A stretch of 63,932 bases of DNA, filler included, from Octopus bimaculoides (GCF_001194135.2; 9 parts of 7 records of this genome joined end to end with filler, not necessarily neighbours in it), one strand, 5' to 3'. Numbered from the whole stretch's first letter, positions 1-11,134 are shown. The notes: generated by a model from the letters alone, not told the origin. Translations and numbers: made by a program.

Positions 1-59
<59 letters not shown>

Positions 60-60
<1 letters not shown>

Positions 61-615
61 GCCCGGATGCAGTACCAGGCAGTGGCTCTCATGGCTTCTG
101 ATCTTAATTGATTGGAAGTGTTATCATGTACATTGTTTTACCTTGGTATAAAAGATGGGCTACAGCAAATATTCTACTCAATACCACAGATTTGCTTGTC
201 ATTTGTTTGACCTTAACCAGTTGAGCATGTCCCTTGGTGGCTGACGATATGTGCATCTCTGATCATGAGCAGAAGTAGTGGGGGAGCATCATAGTCATGT
301 GTTGAGAGGAATTCTTTGGGGTTTGAATAATTTACTTTTGGAAACATGGATGTTTTGCTCAACATCCTTGAACAAACCTTATTGAGGGACTTTTTGAGCG
401 AGATGGACTACCCGACCTGAAGAAAATTCTAACTGAGCCCCATCTGCGAGGCCATGCGCTGTTTATCTTGATATGATATCACTATGTTGCGCACATATGG
501 TTGTGATGCATGTGCCTGGTGTACCCTTATCAGACGGGTAGTCATGATGGGTATATTGGGCTTCGTATATTTTATCTCAGTGTCACTTTGATGGCGTGCA
601 CTGCTCTCTCACTCA
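60..615 (+). mobile_element. ~555-bp interspersed repeat ending in (AAT)n; probably the long 3' UTR of a (TAA)n-associated non-LTR retrotransposon or a non-autonomous derivative
   Basis: Highly similar second copy at 27311-27865. Both end ...ctctctcactc followed directly by (AAT)n. This copy is also preceded by (AAT)n (1-59). No coding frame recognised. Confidence 0.75.
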
Positions 616-644
616 ATAATAATGATGATGATGATAATAATATT

Positions 645-709
<65 letters not shown>

Positions 710-736
710 TGATGATAATAATATTAATAATAAAAT

Positions 737-1948
737 CGATATAAACGTATCTGTCAAGACCTACCAAAAACTGAGCAAATATAAAGATCTTGAAATAGAA
801 ATTAGCAAAATGTGGAATCTGAAGACGAAAACAATACCTATTGTCATAGGTGCCCTGGGAATGACAGCGAAACGGGCTGATTACTACCTANNNNNNNNNN
901 NNNNNNNNNNNNNNNNNNNNNNNNNNNNNNNNNNNNNNNNNNNNNNNNNNNNNNNNNNNNNNNNNNNNNNNNNNNNNNNNNNNNNNNNNNNNNNNNNNNN
1001 NNNNNNNNNNNNNNNNNNNNNNNNNNNNNNNNNNNNNNNNNNNNNNNNNNNNNNNNNNNNNNNNNNNNNNNNNNNNNNNNNNNNNNNNNNNNNNNNNNNN
1101 NNNNNNNNNNNNNNNNNNNNNNNNNNNNNNNNNNNNNNNNNNNNNNNNNNNNNNNNNNNNNNNNNNNNNNNNNNNNNNNNNNNNNNNNNNNNNNNNNNNN
1201 NNNNNNNNNNNNNNNNNNNNNNNNNNNNNNNNNNNNNNNNNNNNNNNNNNNNNNNNNNNNNNNNNNNNNNNNNNNNNNNNNNNNNNNNNNNNNNNNNNNN
1301 NNNNNNNNNNNNNNNNNNNNNNNNNNNNNNNNNNNNNNNNNNNNNNNNNNNNNNNNNNNNNNNNNNNNNNNNNNNNNNNNNNNNNNNNNNNNNNNNNNNN
1401 NNNNNNNNNNNNNNNNNNNNNNNNNNNNNNNNNNNNNNNNNNNNNNNNNNNNNNNNNNNNNNNNNNNNNNNNNNNNNNNNNNNNNNNNNNNNNNNNNNNN
1501 NNNNNNNNNNNNNNNNNNNNNNNNNNNNNNNNNNNNNNNNNNNNNNNNNNNNNNNNNNNNNNNNNNNNNNNNNNNNNNNNNNNNNNNNNNNNNNNNNNNN
1601 NNNNNNNNNNNNNNNNNNNNNNNNNNNNNNNNNNNNNNNNNNNNNNNNNNNNNNNNNNNNNNNNNNNNNNNNNNNNNNNNCCCCAAAATGGCTGCAGTTC
1701 AAAAGATAGTGCTCATGGGAACTGCCCATATCCTACGTAAAATACTGTCTATGTGATCTCAAATTTTAAAGCAAACACATAATTTTCTTATTGTTTCTTA
1801 AACATTCACTTGAACAAAACTGTACAAATCCAAATACATGGTACCCTAGGCATAACACCTACATGAACTTCTAACTTGTTGTCTCTTGAGGTCTCTGGGT
1901 GAGACTTGGATCCAACTTGTACAAATGCAAAACAAAAGTCAAACATAA

Positions 1949-1976
<28 letters not shown>
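737..1976 (+). mobile_element. 5'-truncated R4/Dong-clade non-LTR retrotransposon: C-terminal restriction-like endonuclease region, 3' UTR and (ATA)n tail (interrupted by N gap 891-1680)
   Basis: Translates to INVSVKTYQKLSKYKDLEIEISKMWNLKTKTIPIVIGALG before the gap and PKMAAVQKIVLMGTAHILRKILSM* (stop 1754-1756) after it. These are typical C-terminal motifs of R4/Dong/Rex6 ORFs. Ends in (ATA)n at 1950-1976. Confidence 0.88.
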
Positions 1977-1979
<3 letters not shown>

Positions 1980-2110
1980 GCAATAATGAAGAACGGTTGG
2001 CTAACAGTATTAGAGCTCGATGAGATTAGGAAGAAGGCGATGATCGAAAATACGGAGACTAATGCAGAAGTAGATACAGAGAATGTTGACGAAGATGCAT
2101 TTAATGAGAG
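1977..2110 (+). mobile_element. Fragment resembling the N-terminal region of an R4/Dong-type ORF
   Basis: IMKNGWLTVLELDEIRKKA resembles the I.KN.WLS.LELEEI.R motif I recall from R4/Dong N-termini. Starts immediately after the (ATA)n tail of the previous copy. Confidence 0.55.
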
Positions 2111-3214
2111 TACCCGGGTGAAGTATAATCTCTTAAGCCATGAATCAATTCATTGAGACTACTACCACCAATTGGGACGTAAAAATAAATATAAGAATAA
2201 TAATTTCTCATATAAGAGTAAAGCGGAGGTATTCAATCATGTCGACTTCGGTACTCCGCTGGACTTTTATTTAACGGCTCCAAAAGGATGGAATGTAAGT
2301 TGATTTCCGACTGGGATTTAACTGAGAACGTTAAGAACACATACCACAAGATCAGGTGCTCTATATATACTGCCAATCCACCAACAGTAATTATTTTGAT
2401 ATAAGCACAAGCCCCGAAATTAGGAGAAGGGGGACAATCGTATCCTCTCCCAGCTGATAAACTATAAAACTGATGATTTGNNNNNNNNNNNNNNNNNNNN
2501 NNNNNNNNNNNNNNNNNNNNNNNNNNNNNNNNNNNNNNNNNNNNNNNNNNNNNNNNNNNNNNNNNNNNNNNNNNNNNNNNNNNNNNNNNNNNNNNNNNNN
2601 NNNNNNNNNNNNNNNNNNNNNNNNNNNNNNNNNNNNNNNNNNNNNNNNNNNNNNNNNNNNNNNNNNNAGGGGGACAATCGTATCCTCTCCCAGCTGATAA
2701 ACTATAAAACTGATGATTTGTAAATATGGTACATGACCAAACAGTTTTGGGAGAGTGTTTATAGTCGATTAGACGGATCTTAGAACTTAACTGGTATTTT
2801 ATCGACCTCGGAAATATGATGACTAGAGTCAACACTGGAGTGATTTGAACTCAGAGTGGGAATTAAGCAAAGATAACTATCACGAGAATTATCATTAGAG
2901 GAAGAGAGTAAATAATCGTGACCGACGAAACACAGGGAAAAATAAAAAGAACTGAGCAAACGGGGTCACTTAGTCAAGCATTTAAGTGGTAGTGTCAATA
3001 AATGTTTCTAACAAACGCACAAGGGAGAAGGTTCAGTCCAATAAGTCGATACTAGTATTTAACTGATACTTTATTTTAACGACACCTGAAAAGCTAAGTT
3101 TGACGGTATTTGAACCTACAAAATAAGGAATCGGATGAAAAGTCACGAAGTAATATTTTCTTATGATGTCTTAAGGATTTTGCTCAATCCCTGTAAATAG
3201 TATTATTAACACTG

Positions 3215-3224
3215 TTGATGTTGG

Positions 3225-3263
<39 letters not shown>

Positions 3264-3490
3264 CGACAACGACGACGATGATAACGACGCTGATGACGCT
3301 GATGACGATGACGATGATGGCGATGATACGATGATGACACCACCACCGCCGACGGCTACGACGATAATGATGACGACGATGATGATGATGTTGGTGATGG
3401 TGATAATGATAGTGATAGCTGCAACGTCGACGGCGATGATAACAATGATGTCGACGATTGTGATGATGATGTTGATGATGATGATGTCCA
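3215..3490. repeat. Imperfect (GAT/GAC)n microsatellite
   Basis: Direct reading; explains the ORFs at 3171-3491 and 3184-3576. Confidence 0.95.
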
Positions 3491-4002
3491 CGATACAATA
3501 TTAATTTCAGTACAATTCTAAATAAACAATTTAAATTAATGTGCATATATCTCATTAATATTAAAACTATTGTCATTTATATAATTACGTTTACTCAGAC
3601 AAATAAATAAATAAATATGGTGTATATTGTGTATACTGTGAATTGTTACGTTATTTATATTGTGAATTATATTCCATTTATATTGCTAATTATATGCTAT
3701 CCATTTGAGAATAATATTATATTTAGATTACTAATTATGTTACGAAATATATTTCATGTAGTCATCATATTGTATGGTTCTTATGTTATTTATATTTGCA
3801 TATTGTATTAACGTAGTGAATTAAACTGTTTTAATATTATTAGGAATTGCATTGTATTTATATTATAAATTATATTGCACTACTTATATTGCGTTTATTA
3901 TATACTGAATTATATTGTGTGTTAAATTTTAGATTATATTTATATTGTAATACACAGATCGTAATACATAGATTGTCTACATTGAGAACTATACTGCATG
4001 AG

Positions 4003-4027
4003 CATACATACATACATACATACATAT

Positions 4028-4058
<31 letters not shown>

Positions 4059-4165
4059 TACATACATACATATATACATACATACATACATACATACGTG
4101 CATACATACATACATATATACATACATACATACATACATGCATGCATGCATACATAAACGCATGC
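4003..4165. repeat. (CATA)n/(CA)n microsatellite
   Basis: Direct reading. Confidence 0.95.
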
Positions 4166-4888
4166 ATGCTACCGATAAAACCTACCGCAGCTGGTGGACG
4201 ATTTTCATCGGCTCCTGATATATATTTATATTTATGTTTTTAAACATCGTACGTCCATAAGCGATATTAACTCTGGCTGAATAGCATAGTTAATTTGCCT
4301 TTTCGTGGTGCATCTACATGAAGTAGGACACATACATGGCTATTTTAATCTAATACTGGTTTTATTGCGCAACGAATATATATATATATATTCTCTGTCA
4401 TGGTCAATGCGACGATCACACGCTACACACCTTTCCGAGCACTGCTGTAAGCAGCATTAGTGAGGTGGAACGTTAAAACTTAGTGCACATGTACAGTAGA
4501 GTTCAAGGTCAATCTTTGGCAAGAGGATTTACTCTAGCTTTGTTAATATGGCAACAGTTCGGATATTTATTGATCAGACCTCACACACACTTATACACGC
4601 GACACCAGCGCCTGGTCTGACACTGTTTTCTATATATCGCTGGCGGAGTGATGAAACGCCGGTATCTCTAGCGGTCGAGCGTCCATCATTGAAAAGGCGA
4701 TGGAAGGTCGAAATCGCGTGAAATGGTGGTCTTGGCGTTAAAAATGGCAGGAATTCATCTCCCTGCTAGTCATGTAAACAAGAGTGCATTTTACTTCAAA
4801 AGCCAATAAGAGAGTTTCTCTCACGGTATATATTGCATGGTGTCTACAGAGCATCCACGCTCAAGCAGGGATATATGTATATATATAT

Positions 4889-4940
<52 letters not shown>

Positions 4941-5252
4941 GTGTGTATACACATATAGATATATCGATGCATGTGTGTATGTATCTGTACTAGGTAACAA
5001 GTTATCAAAAGTCATAAATAATAGATACATAAGATGAGTGCTAAGAACAAAGCAAGTACCTAAACTACGATGTTAAGTGCAGGAATGTGAGATTCGCATA
5101 AGAGTTTGCTTAGAGAATGCTTTGGTTGAGCTGATGCTGGTATAACAGAACAAAATATGACTAGGCAGTCGCAAGTTATCAAATCAATTTATAACATATT
5201 TGACATACTGAAGAGAGAACAAAGATATATAAACCTGTATAAAATGTAGCAA

Positions 5253-5655
5253 GAAACCAGTATAAGATCTGGAAGGTGAAAGTTCTTAGCGATACTGCGT
5301 AGATAGGTAAAATTTAGTATGAACTAGAAGAAAATTCGAGAAATCCTTAGTGTAGATTTTACCAAGATATGAAGTAAAATCCACGGGAACACTTGTGCAA
5401 AGCACATAAGTGATGAAAAGGAAATATGCAGGTAGTACTTTACAGCTGTTTCTGAGAAAGTTGCATATTAGGAGCAGATCTGTGCATTTTTCTTACAGCT
5501 CAGGATGTGGTATGTAATCCATCCCATTCCCCCCATGAATTTTACTTACCTATCTATGTAAAATCAACACCAAGGACTTCTCGAATTCTCTCGTATTTCA
5601 TTTTGGAGTGTATCCGTCTTCATGAACTTCCACCCTCCAGATCTTTCCTGGTTTC
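5253..5655. repeat. Diverged inverted repeat, arms ~5253-5387 and ~5532-5655
   Basis: gaaaccagtataagatctggaaggtgaaagttc...gaaaattcgagaaatccttagtgtagattttac aligns to the reverse complement of 5532-5655 (gaaaccaggaaagatctggagggtggaagttc...gagaattcgagaagtccttggtgttgattttac). Roughly 70-80% identity by eye. Confidence 0.75.
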
Positions 5656-5835
5656 CCTGACTCAGAGCTATACTCGAAACCTCAATCTCTCTCCTTTCAC
5701 CGAGTGTGAAGCTAATAATTTCTTATGCACGTTCTCATATTGTCCTTCTTTATTCGTTTATTTGAATTGTTTGTTTATTTGGATTGACTATATACATACA
5801 TACATACATGCATACACGCATACATACACACATAA

Positions 5836-5872
<37 letters not shown>

Positions 5873-6706
5873 AGTGTGTGCGCGCGTTCAATATGCTACA
5901 TAAATGTTATAAAATATGACACCATGCAACAGCTTGTTCCTATTTTGTTCTCTGTCTGTCTGTCTGTATATATTTGTGTATGTGTGCACGGGTGACGAGT
6001 GTGTATGTATGCACCTGTGATTAAATGCGTATAGTTATTTTAGTTATGTAGTTGCAACTTTGTAGAGCTCTGGTGTATTTTTATTGCGATACTGCATTCA
6101 TATTAAGATTTATATTAGATTATTTATTGCGAATTATATCGTATTAATATGCGTTTATGTTTTTTATTGGTTTCAGTCAAAGAATAAATGGCACGGCCAT
6201 GCTGGTGTACCGTTTTCAATAGATCTAGTTAATTTTATTAACCCTACTACTTGTTTACGTCTGGTAGTTATTTATTTCACCAAATAGTGTTTATCGAATA
6301 GATAATTTGTGAATTTTATTCATAAATTGTATGCATGTTTCAAATTATACATCATCATCATTGTTCTATTCCACTAGTCCTCTTTCTACTCTCCTCTCCA
6401 TCATCATCAACATTAGTACCATCCTCATCATCTTCATTGTTTTTATTATTATTATTATTCAAGTTCCGCCGGGTTCGACTTTACCTTCCCTTCTTTCGAT
6501 GTCGGTAAGATAAGTACTGGAAAGTGGGATCATTGTAATCGACTTATCCCCTACTCTAAAATTACTGGCCATTTGAGACCACTATAATAATAATGATAAT
6601 AATAATAATTATTATTATTATTGTTATTTGAAATCTCACAGCTTATTTTACTGGGTATGGTGGAAAGTGTCAGCTGTCCACAGCCAGCAGACTAAGGTAA
6701 CATTTA

Positions 6707-7029
6707 CATTATTTACAGTTGACGGATATTTGTCCTCATCTTGTTTGTTGTTAAGACAACATTTCGGCTGATATACCCTCCAGCCTTCATCAGGTGTCTT
6801 GGGGAAATTTCGAACTTGAGTTCTCATTCCTAAGGTATTTTTTCGATTTTGTTGTTATAATAATAATAATAATAATAATAATAATTATTATTATTATTAT
6901 TATTATACACGTCACTGCCTGGAATCAAACTTGGAATCTTGGGGTTTGTAGCCCACGCTCTTAACCACTACGCCATATGCCCATGGGCATATGGCATACA
7001 TAATTCCTCATCTCTTAAATATAGAACTG
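6707..7029 (-). mobile_element. tRNA-headed SINE carrying a hammerhead-ribozyme motif, copy 1, with 13-14 bp target-site duplication
   Basis: Minus-strand head TGGCGTAGTGG (A box)...GTTTGATTCC (B box). Flanked by direct repeat taaggtaacattta at 6693-6706 and 7030-7043. Body shared with 49169-49408. Confidence 0.85.
6753..6800 (-). ncRNA. Minimal type-I hammerhead ribozyme motif (slightly decayed)
   Basis: Minus strand AAGACAC-CTGATGA-A-GGCTG(gagggtatat)CAGCC-GAAA-TGTT-GTCTT: intact CUGAUGA and GAAA core with a 5-bp stem II. The stem III C is changed to T relative to copy 2. Confidence 0.7.
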
Positions 7030-7695
7030 TAAGGTAACATTTATTTACTGGTCATGCTTCAAGAACCCTGCGAAGAATTCTTGCAGTTCCAAGCAATGCT
7101 GATTTTTGTAAGTGTTCTACCTTCACACTTGGACCGATCTTTTTCAGCCATGTTGGTAGTTGAATGTTGATACTTCCAAGTGCACCAATTACTATTGATA
7201 TCACGTCTACTCTCTTCATTGACTATAATATTCGTGTTTCCCACTTCGAATCGTCAGAGCTGTTTATTTTTTCTTCTTTTTTCACATTGATCCTGTTATC
7301 CCCGGGGCATGCTATGCTGATTATCATACATGTTCTTTCCTTTTTATTCACTACAACAATGTCCAGTTTCCGATGTCTAGTCAGGTGATCGCACTGGATC
7401 ATTGCATCCCACAGGATTTTGCAATTCTCATTTTCGGTGACTCCTTCTGGGGTTTCCTCATACCACGTCTTTGCTCTTTATAGGTTGTGATTTCCACAGA
7501 GATCCCAATGGATCATTCTTGCCACATTGTCATGGTGTCTAGCATTCGCTAACGATGTGCCATACCGTTTCATGCTTCTCACCACACGTTTTGCATTTGT
7601 CGCTATCGGTAGTGTTGTATATTCTGCACTTCATATAATTGGTCCATAACGCCTGTTCCTGAGCTGCGCATATGAGTGCTTCTGTCTCTATCTTC

Positions 7696-7771
<76 letters not shown>

Positions 7772-7775
<4 letters not shown>

Positions 7776-8945
7776 TATACAGATTAGAGTGCTGGAAAAG
7801 AAAAATTCCTAACATCGGGCTACAACAAGTAACCTTAGATGCCAAGAACCCGCCTAAGTATCCTAGCTTTCCCTAATAACACTGTTTTCTGGAACTGTAC
7901 TAGACGCACCTAACTTTACTAACGCACCTATAACAACTGAGATACATTTTGCCCTCACTTTCCATAGTTTCTGTAATTCAATGGCTAGGTTCTGGTATTT
8001 TGCTATTTTCTCTATACCTCTCATATTGATTTTCTCATCATTTGGGACTGTAAAGTCAATTATCTGGCACTTTCTATTCTCTCTATCTACGACTATTAAA
8101 TCAGGCTTTCTAGTTTCTATTCTTCAGTCAGTTTGAATTTTAAAGTCTCACAACAACTTATTATTCTTACTTTCTAGTACTTTACTAGATTAATGTTCAT
8201 TCCATTTACCAGTATGGTCAAATCATAGTTTTCTGCATAACTCTTAGTGGATTCCTCTCCCTAGATTGTCATATCTTTTCTAGTATTCTTTCTGCGCCAG
8301 CATGCTACATTCACTTATGAGTAACGATTTCCTCTTTTGATTTGTATAACCTATATTGGAAATCATTTTGGGTTTTGTCTAACTTGGCTTTTATTCAATT
8401 AGTCCTTAGTGCTTGATCTTGTGCTGCTACTAACAAACTTTCTGTCTTCCTTTGCAGCATCCCCTTTCTGAAACCATAACCATCTCTCACTACTACTATT
8501 TGCTGAAACTAACTTTGGGAATCTACTATGCAAAGCCTTCGCTTGCCAGCCAGCTAATTTTTGTTCCTTTTGTTTCTAGTTTTTAACTTCATTTGGATTT
8601 TGATTTCCCTTTATCCTGCTCTGACTCTAGCAGCTCTTAAACTTTCTTCACTATTACCTACATAGAAGGCTAATTTACTCATATTAACCCTCTTCCACCT
8701 TACTTTCTTGGTAGATATAATCTTGCTACTCCTGCTTTTGGGTAAAGCCCTCCAGTCATATTGAATTCCTTCCTAGTTCCGTCTAGCTTTGTTAATTCAG
8801 GTTTTGTCTAAACTACGAAAGCTACTGAGTGTATAAATAATGATATTGCCCAAGTATTTACAGCCTTTACTAGATTCGGACCATTTAGCTTTGACTTCAT
8901 TAGCTTCCTCACCCTTCTGATGTACTCCTCAATTTTCGTTTTCAT
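7772..8945 (-). mobile_element. 5'-truncated, degenerate R4/Dong-clade copy (RT thumb, Zn knuckle, RLE, 3' UTR); tail is (TAA)n at 7699-7772
   Basis: Minus strand: EEYIRRVRKLMKSKLNGPNLVKAVNTWAI...KTESLLVAAQDQALRTN...SECSMLAQKEY...VQFQKTVLLGKARILRRVLGI*, with stops and frameshifts. Confidence 0.88.
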
Positions 8946-8968
8946 TTCTACAATTAATACTCTGTCGG

Positions 8969-9099
8969 ATTCTTCTTCTTCTTCTTCTTCTTCTTCTTCT
9001 TCTTCTTCTTCTTCTTCTTCTTCTTCTTCTTCTTCTTCTTCTTCTTCTTCTTCTTCTTCTTCTTCTTCTTCTTCTTCTTCTTCTTCTTCTTCTTCTTCT
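8969..9099. repeat. Perfect (TCT)n microsatellite
   Basis: Direct reading. Confidence 0.98.
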
Positions 9100-9785
9100 C
9101 ATTAATTGTTTTTCTTCTTCGTTTAACTTTGTTTCTGTTTCTTGTCGAGTGTTTTCCCAATAACTAGGGCAAAGAAACTCACTGTATAGATTGATAGGCC
9201 ATTAAAATAAACACACGAGATTATTCATTTACAAAATCAAATAAAGCTGTGCTGAAAAAAAATATCTACATGGAAGGTTGTCGTTCTCAGAGCAACAATT
9301 CTCTTCTCAATGCTTATGATGTACCAGTTAAAACTTTCGCTTATGATGTACCAGTTAAAACTTTCGCACTTCTTGCAGGGATGGTAAGCTAGGGATCATT
9401 TTCAAATAATTTTCAGTTCCTTTTTAGATTATTTCTCGTCCTCTTACAATCATCTCACCTTGAGGTGCCACATTTTTTCAATTTCAATGAGCAAATCTTT
9501 ATATTTCCTGAGCTTGTCAAATTCTTTTTTGCCGCAATATTGTAATAACAAGAAATACTCATGTCTAACAATAATCAAATTTTATCGGTTTGGTCTTTAA
9601 CAACAATATCCGGTTTACTAGCTTTGATGGTTCTGTTTGTATGTACAGGAAAGTCCCAAAGAATCGTTACATTTTCTCTCTCAGTTGCAGCCTCAGATTG
9701 ATGCTTATACCACTTGTCAACAGTTTTTATTTTATAATGCCAACATATTAACTCTGTTGTTTCTTCATTTATACTCTACCGCTAT
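9100..9785 (-). mobile_element. 5'-truncated R4/Dong-clade RLE fragment (third subfamily) with an internal 27-bp tandem duplication
   Basis: Minus strand: KWYKHQSE...VTILWDFPVHTNRTIKASKPDIVVKD...EFDKLRKYKDLLIEIEKMWHLK (PD..D..K type RLE). gcttatgatgtaccagttaaaactttc is repeated at 9312-9338 and 9339-9365. Confidence 0.85.
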
Positions 9786-9799
9786 TGTTGTTGTTGTTG

Positions 9800-10025
9800 T
9801 TATTATTATTATTATTGTTCAGTAGTTTTATTTTTATTTTTTTAATTTTTATAACGTGCTTTCACTTCACTACCGAGCGCAGCTCTGTGCGCCTTGGGTA
9901 TGTGCTGTGGTTTGCTGTGGTGCTCTTATGCTTACTGTATTGAAAGTGTTTTGCGTAGAATGTGTGCAGTACCCAGTAGTGCAATTTTCTGTATGTTATA
10001 TATATTTGTAAGTCCTGGTCTTTTT
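9800..10025 (-). mobile_element. 3' end of an R4/Dong-clade element (fourth subfamily)
   Basis: Minus strand PGLTNIYNIQKIALLGTAHILRKTLSIQ*, then 3' UTR and (TAA/CAA)n. Near-identical copy at 62015-62318. Confidence 0.85.
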
Positions 10026-10094
10026 GTTATATTATTATTATTATTATTGTTCAGTAGTTTTATTTTTATAACGTGCTTTCACTTCACTACCGAG

Positions 10095-10194
10095 NNNNNN
10101 NNNNNNNNNNNNNNNNNNNNNNNNNNNNNNNNNNNNNNTTAATTAATTAANNNNNNNNNNNNNNNNNNNNNNNNNNNNNNNNNNNNNNNNNNNN
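10095..10194. other. 100-bp scaffold join containing an artificial TTAATTAATTAA spacer (also at ~29904, 37827, 39843, 52543, 54567, 57095, 62363)
   Basis: The same 12-mer is centred in eight ~100-bp N blocks and has stop codons in all six frames. Confidence 0.95.
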
Positions 10195-10419
10195 ATAATA
10201 CTTAAAGTTGTTATTATATGTAATGTGATATCAACGGTGGTGGTCGTTGTTGGAGTTGTTGATACTGCTAATTACCTTCTGCAGTGATTTATTGCAGCTT
10301 TTCAGAGTCTATGCTCCATACACGTTTACTAGTCTTTTGTTTGTTTATATTTTTATTTGTTATTGGGTTTGTTTATTTGACTTTTTTTGTTTAAGGTGTC
10401 TGTGTGTAGGGCTAGTGGT

Positions 10420-10610
10420 TAAGGTGTTGCACTCAGAATAGAAAGATCGTGGTTTCGATTTCCACATCGAGTGGTGCGTTGTGTTTTTGCTCCAAAAACA
10501 CTTCGTTTCACGTTACTCCAGTCTATTCTGTGGTAAATGAGGAAATTTACAGTTGCTGGGAAGTTAACCGTACGGCAGACTGGCGTCCAATCCAGGTGCG
10601 TCTGTGTGCT
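10420..10610 (+). mobile_element. Degenerate tRNA-headed SINE (family D type)
   Basis: ctagtggttaaggtgttgcactc...gtggtttcgattcc...gcgttgtgtttttgctccaaaaacacttcgtttcacgttactccagt matches the head and core of the family D copies. Confidence 0.65.
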
Positions 10611-11134
10611 AGGGTGGTGGAGAGTTGTAACTTCAGTCACTTATACATGATGGAAAACGACCCTCAGAATTTCCGGGTGGGTACCCGGCCTGCTGGAAGA
10701 CCACCGGGAGTGAGGGACCCCTTAGTGTTTACTAAAGCATGTCTCTAGAACCCGCTTTAAACTCAGGCTACGTCTGCTCTGATACTGGGGCCACATGTGA
10801 ACCCACTGAAACTCGAACATGATACGTTGGTCGGAGCCGGCTCAACCTACCCGGGGTGTATCCACCGCAAGTACATGTAAGTTCATGGAAACTGTTTCCA
10901 GTTTCGGTCTCATGAGTTGTAGGGCCCACGACTGCCCTAGCTCCAAGGTATATTTCCCGTCAGTGTTACTATTTAACTGAAGTCAGTTCTGATCAAGAAG
11001 ACTAATGATTATGAGACAATCCAATCCTGACCTTCCAGTATATCTCCTTTATGTTATTCAAGGACTAAGACCATCAAATTTCACCTGATTTTGTTTTTAA
11101 AGATGTTAGGACATTTCTTATCTTTTATCATTCA

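Larger units (their letters stand above)
6610..7697 (-). mobile_element. 5'-truncated R4/Dong-clade fragment (CCHC knuckle + RLE + 3' UTR + (TAA)n tail), with a SINE inserted in its 3' UTR
   Basis: Minus strand: ETEALICAAQEQAL...DKCKTCGEKHETVWHIVSEC...HDNVARMIHWDLC...VISIVIGALG...HLQKSALLGTARILRRVLEA* (stop ~7059). The 3' UTR resumes at 6692-6625 on the far side of the SINE, then (TAA)n. Confidence 0.88.

Noticed and set aside
510-1709. Long ORFs made mostly of X (also at 16838-17779, 31162-31962, 34516-35699, 59538-60526 and others)
   Set aside because: They run through N gaps. Only the short flanking R4 and CR1 peptides are meaningful.
2428-2720. Direct duplications flanking gaps (2428-2480/2668-2720; 9800-9874/10028-10094; ~63490-63542/63553-63600)
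   Set aside because: Identical sequence on both sides of or right beside a gap is typical of unmerged contig overlaps.
10139-10150. Recurrent palindromic TTAATTAATTAA motif (eight copies)
   Set aside because: Always centred in a ~100-bp N block and has stops in all frames; an artificial scaffolding spacer, not biology.
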